Positions 25,835-28,150 of a DNA stretch of 28,150 bases are shown in pieces. A program made the translations under genes and the position numbers. The notes below the pieces were generated by a model, which worked only from the letters and a program-made list of their open reading frames with translations, searched no databases and was not told the DNA's origin. The stretch's first letter is position 1; every line of letters starts with the position of its first letter. The stretch comes from Oligoflexus sp. (GTDB taxonomy: Bacteria > Bdellovibrionota_B > Oligoflexia > Oligoflexales > Oligoflexaceae): assembly GCA_041736305.1 (NCBI GenBank), contig JBGSTX010000315.1:1-28150 (forward strand), written 5' to 3'.

Positions 25835-26734
25835 TTAGGGTGCCCCATCCTTCTTATGCTTTAAAAAATTCGCGATGCGGGATCTTCGCTCCGACAGTCT
25901 TTTCTGCCAGTTGAGATCACCGACGCGAATATTGTTCGCGATGATTGTATGTTCGGAGTCTGTCGCACCTCGCGAGTCGAAGTTGTAAACGAGCCGATCT
26001 TGCTCAGCAGGAAGGTAGGCGCTGATTTCGCTGAGAGTCTCTTCAGCGCCATCAGCTCCCCTGAGTGTATCTCCCAGGCGAAGGTGAGCGGCCTCGACCA
26101 TCTGCCACGCACTATTCCGCTGAACTAATACAGGATGCTGGTCGGTCATTCTCAAACTCTTGCCGCTGCTCGTGACTACTTGGACGAGAGGACTATTCTC
26201 AGGCCCTACGACAAAGTCCTGGTTCGTTAGACGAGCGGACCCCTTATAGGATGAGGTGTTTTCATCGATCACGGCCGCGGATATGCCACCGAGCGAAGAG
26301 GCTAGCTGGGACATAGAGTCGATGCGCATCTCCCCGAGATGAGTGAGAATCTTTACATCCCCGGGAAAGCATCCGCACTCACAGCGAACGTCTGGGAAAT
26401 CTTCGCTCTGGCCTGCAGCCCAGTACCACTGTCCCCGCGCTACGACGTGGGCTCCGCGACTGCCCTCCGAACCGCCTGCATCCAACTGGCAATTCTCGCG
26501 TTGATCCAAGAGACAGCGGAGAGTATTTCTCTCCGTCGCAGCTCCGGTCTCAGCTGCCGTCGGTGCGCTGCAAACCCAGTCAGCTATAGCCTTGCGTATA
26601 CTGAGAGTGACGTCTTCAAAAGCCTGAGCATCTTTGCAGTAGCCGAAATATTCGGTGTCGAGCCCGTAAGCAGGGCAAGAGAGCAAAGTAAGGAGGAGGC
26701 ATAGGGGGAGGCTTAACAATACTGATGCTTGCAT
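25835..26734 (-). CDS. Secreted Cys-rich domain plus Hint (Hedgehog/intein) autoprocessing domain
   Basis: Signal peptide and a six-Cys domain. Hint block A G121|C122-FPGDVKILT, block B LRMTDQHPVLV, AAHLRLGDTL, block F LVYNF, and block G IANNIRVGD lacking His-Asn. Confidence 0.88.
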   Translation of the reverse strand: MQASVLLSLPLCLLLTLLSCPAYGLDTEYFGYCKDAQAFEDVTLSIRKAIADWVCSAPTAAETGAATERNTLRCLLDQRENCQLDAGGSEGSRGAHVVARGQWYWAAGQSEDFPDVRCECGCFPGDVKILTHLGEMRIDSMSQLASSLGGISAAVIDENTSSYKGSARLTNQDFVVGPENSPLVQVVTSSGKSLRMTDQHPVLVQRNSAWQMVEAAHLRLGDTLRGADGAEETLSEISAYLPAEQDRLVYNFDSRGATDSEHTIIANNIRVGDLNWQKRLSERRSRIANFLKHKKDGAP

Positions 26735-26737
26735 AGT

Positions 26738-28150
26738 TCAAAGATCCTCTGAGTTTCTGTTTTTCACAGTTGAAAGAAGCCGGCGAAGAGCTCGCGCCGC
26801 GTTAGACTCGTCTTGGATCGATAGTCTTTCTGCCGCCGTTGCATGCGAGGAGACCTGCACCAGTAAGCAGCTAGCCTCAGATTTTAAAGCGAAGCTGGCG
26901 TTGTAACGATTCATCTTGCCCGGAAATTGGCGTAGTGATTCCGTATAATAGATGGGCTCTGCGTCTGCAGAAGCGAGGATTTTGGCCGGATCAGTCTTAA
27001 GCAGTAGTTCGATCTTCTTACAGCTGCTATCCATCAGGTCAATTTGTAATTCTATGGCTTGGCCATCGAGAGCGGTCTCCGTGAGAAGCTCGCTAAAGCG
27101 CCAGGCCCTGGTGTCCCCGAATCGCTCTTCGAAGAGACGCGCCGTTCGGCTCGGAAAAAGGATGTTCCAGTCTTTAGTTTTGTAGAGTGCCTCGTGCTCA
27201 TGCTGCTTTTCCTTAGGTTTCGGTAGTTCGACTATCAGCTGTCGCGTAGCTTTGCTACAGGCTTGTGGATCGGCATAACAAGACCTACCAAGATCTATCA
27301 GCTCGTCGAGAGCGCTGGAGATGTCCCTATAGGTAGTGCGCAGTGATGCGAGCTCGGCAGCAGAGAAGTCATAGGTTCCTTGATCGTAAAGATAGATGAA
27401 GGTATCGACTTTTTGGAGAATATCCTGATACCGCCACAGCTGACGCAAGAGCTGATCGATCCGAATACTCCGGGCTATATCGAGCGGATCACTCATGGAG
27501 AAATCGACAATCGTGTTCCAGTCGCTCATTTCAACTTCGATGACTGCAGCGTTTTTGCGCTTTAGGGTTTCGACGAATGCATCGATCGTAGCCTGGGGGT
27601 TTTCCTCAGCCAGCTGGAAATTGACTTTTTCGCCACCGCTCTGCTCAAACTCGCGTTTTAGGAAACTGTTTTGCTCGGCCTTTAAGAAAAGCGAGCGATA
27701 GGCTGCATGGCCATGGACCTTAAGTAAACCCGAACCGAAGGTGGCTTTCATTCTGGCAGAAATCTCTTTGACCTGGTCTAAAGCTTTCGCGCTTATTTCG
27801 AGGACATCGCTGATAGAACCACCCAGGCGAACCGATCTTATGAACTGGGTGCCACACATGCGAAAGAAGGCTTTCTTGGATTCCTCATTGCCAGCTCTTG
27901 CTCCGACGATGAGGGCTTTGGCTTCAGGTTTGAAAGAGTCGAGGGAAAGGCGCTCTGACTGCAGGGTTTTGGTGCCAACAACTGCTTTGAGGGTAAAGAG
28001 CCAGGTGAAACTCTCCTTGGAGGCAGCGAATTTATCATACTGAGAATAGCTCCCGCGACCCGAGAAGGCCCCGTATTTTACCTTGGCGTTAGCGGTCAGG
28101 TTCATTTCTTTGTAGAGATCTTCCTTAGAAGTGACTCTCGTCTCCGATAC
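26738..28150 (-). CDS. MACPF/CDC-like pore-forming domain protein (5' partial; starts beyond the window)
   Basis: The frame stays open to base 28150 (VSETRVTSKEDLYKEMN…). FFRMCGTQFIRSVRLGG (about 27818-27856) resembles the MACPF signature Y/F-G-T-H-F/Y-x6-GG. It is flanked by two TMH-like alternating segments (LTANAKVKYGAFSGRGSY; ISARMKATFGSGLLKVHGHAAY). Confidence 0.65.
   Translation of the reverse strand, partial: VSETRVTSKEDLYKEMNLTANAKVKYGAFSGRGSYSQYDKFAASKESFTWLFTLKAVVGTKTLQSERLSLDSFKPEAKALIVGARAGNEESKKAFFRMCGTQFIRSVRLGGSISDVLEISAKALDQVKEISARMKATFGSGLLKVHGHAAYRSLFLKAEQNSFLKREFEQSGGEKVNFQLAEENPQATIDAFVETLKRKNAAVIEVEMSDWNTIVDFSMSDPLDIARSIRIDQLLRQLWRYQDILQKVDTFIYLYDQGTYDFSAAELASLRTTYRDISSALDELIDLGRSCYADPQACSKATRQLIVELPKPKEKQHEHEALYKTKDWNILFPSRTARLFEERFGDTRAWRFSELLTETALDGQAIELQIDLMDSSCKKIELLLKTDPAKILASADAEPIYYTESLRQFPGKMNRYNASFALKSEASCLLVQVSSHATAAERLSIQDESNAARALRRLLSTVKNRNSEDL

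Noticed and set aside
1-28150. Antisense or overlapping ORFs (e.g. 2504-3010, 9550-10026, 10740-11348, 21831-22244) and CRISPR, IS or tRNA elements
   Set aside because: The ORFs are shadows of well-supported genes and carry no motifs. I saw no repeat-spacer array, transposase, integrase or tRNA cloverleaf.

Overview
A gene-dense bacterial chromosomal window with no rRNA, tRNA, CRISPR or mobile element that I can see. The gene mix (two secreted trypsin-like proteases, many lipoproteins and TPR proteins, FliA-type promoters) suggests an Oligoflexia/Bdellovibrionota-like organism; this is inference only. Recognisable genes are mgtC-family, trhO, an MFS transporter, a glrK-qseG-glrR-like sigma54 two-component cluster followed by a secreted EF-hand protein, a hybrid histidine kinase, an RMD1-family gene, panE, a sigma54-driven type II glutamine synthetase, phoD-family and glutathione peroxidase. 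The most striking element is a tightly coupled minus-strand operon at the right edge. It encodes a MACPF-like protein, a secreted Cys-rich domain fused to a splicing-deficient-looking Hint domain, and a Hint-less paralog of the same Cys-rich domain that ends exactly at the Hint cleavage site (CECG|CF versus CQCG-stop). Other notable items are a cytochrome c lipoprotein split at a C9 homopolymer, an orphan bufferin (BufA2)-like precursor and a GlrR-type TGTC-N10-GACA box.
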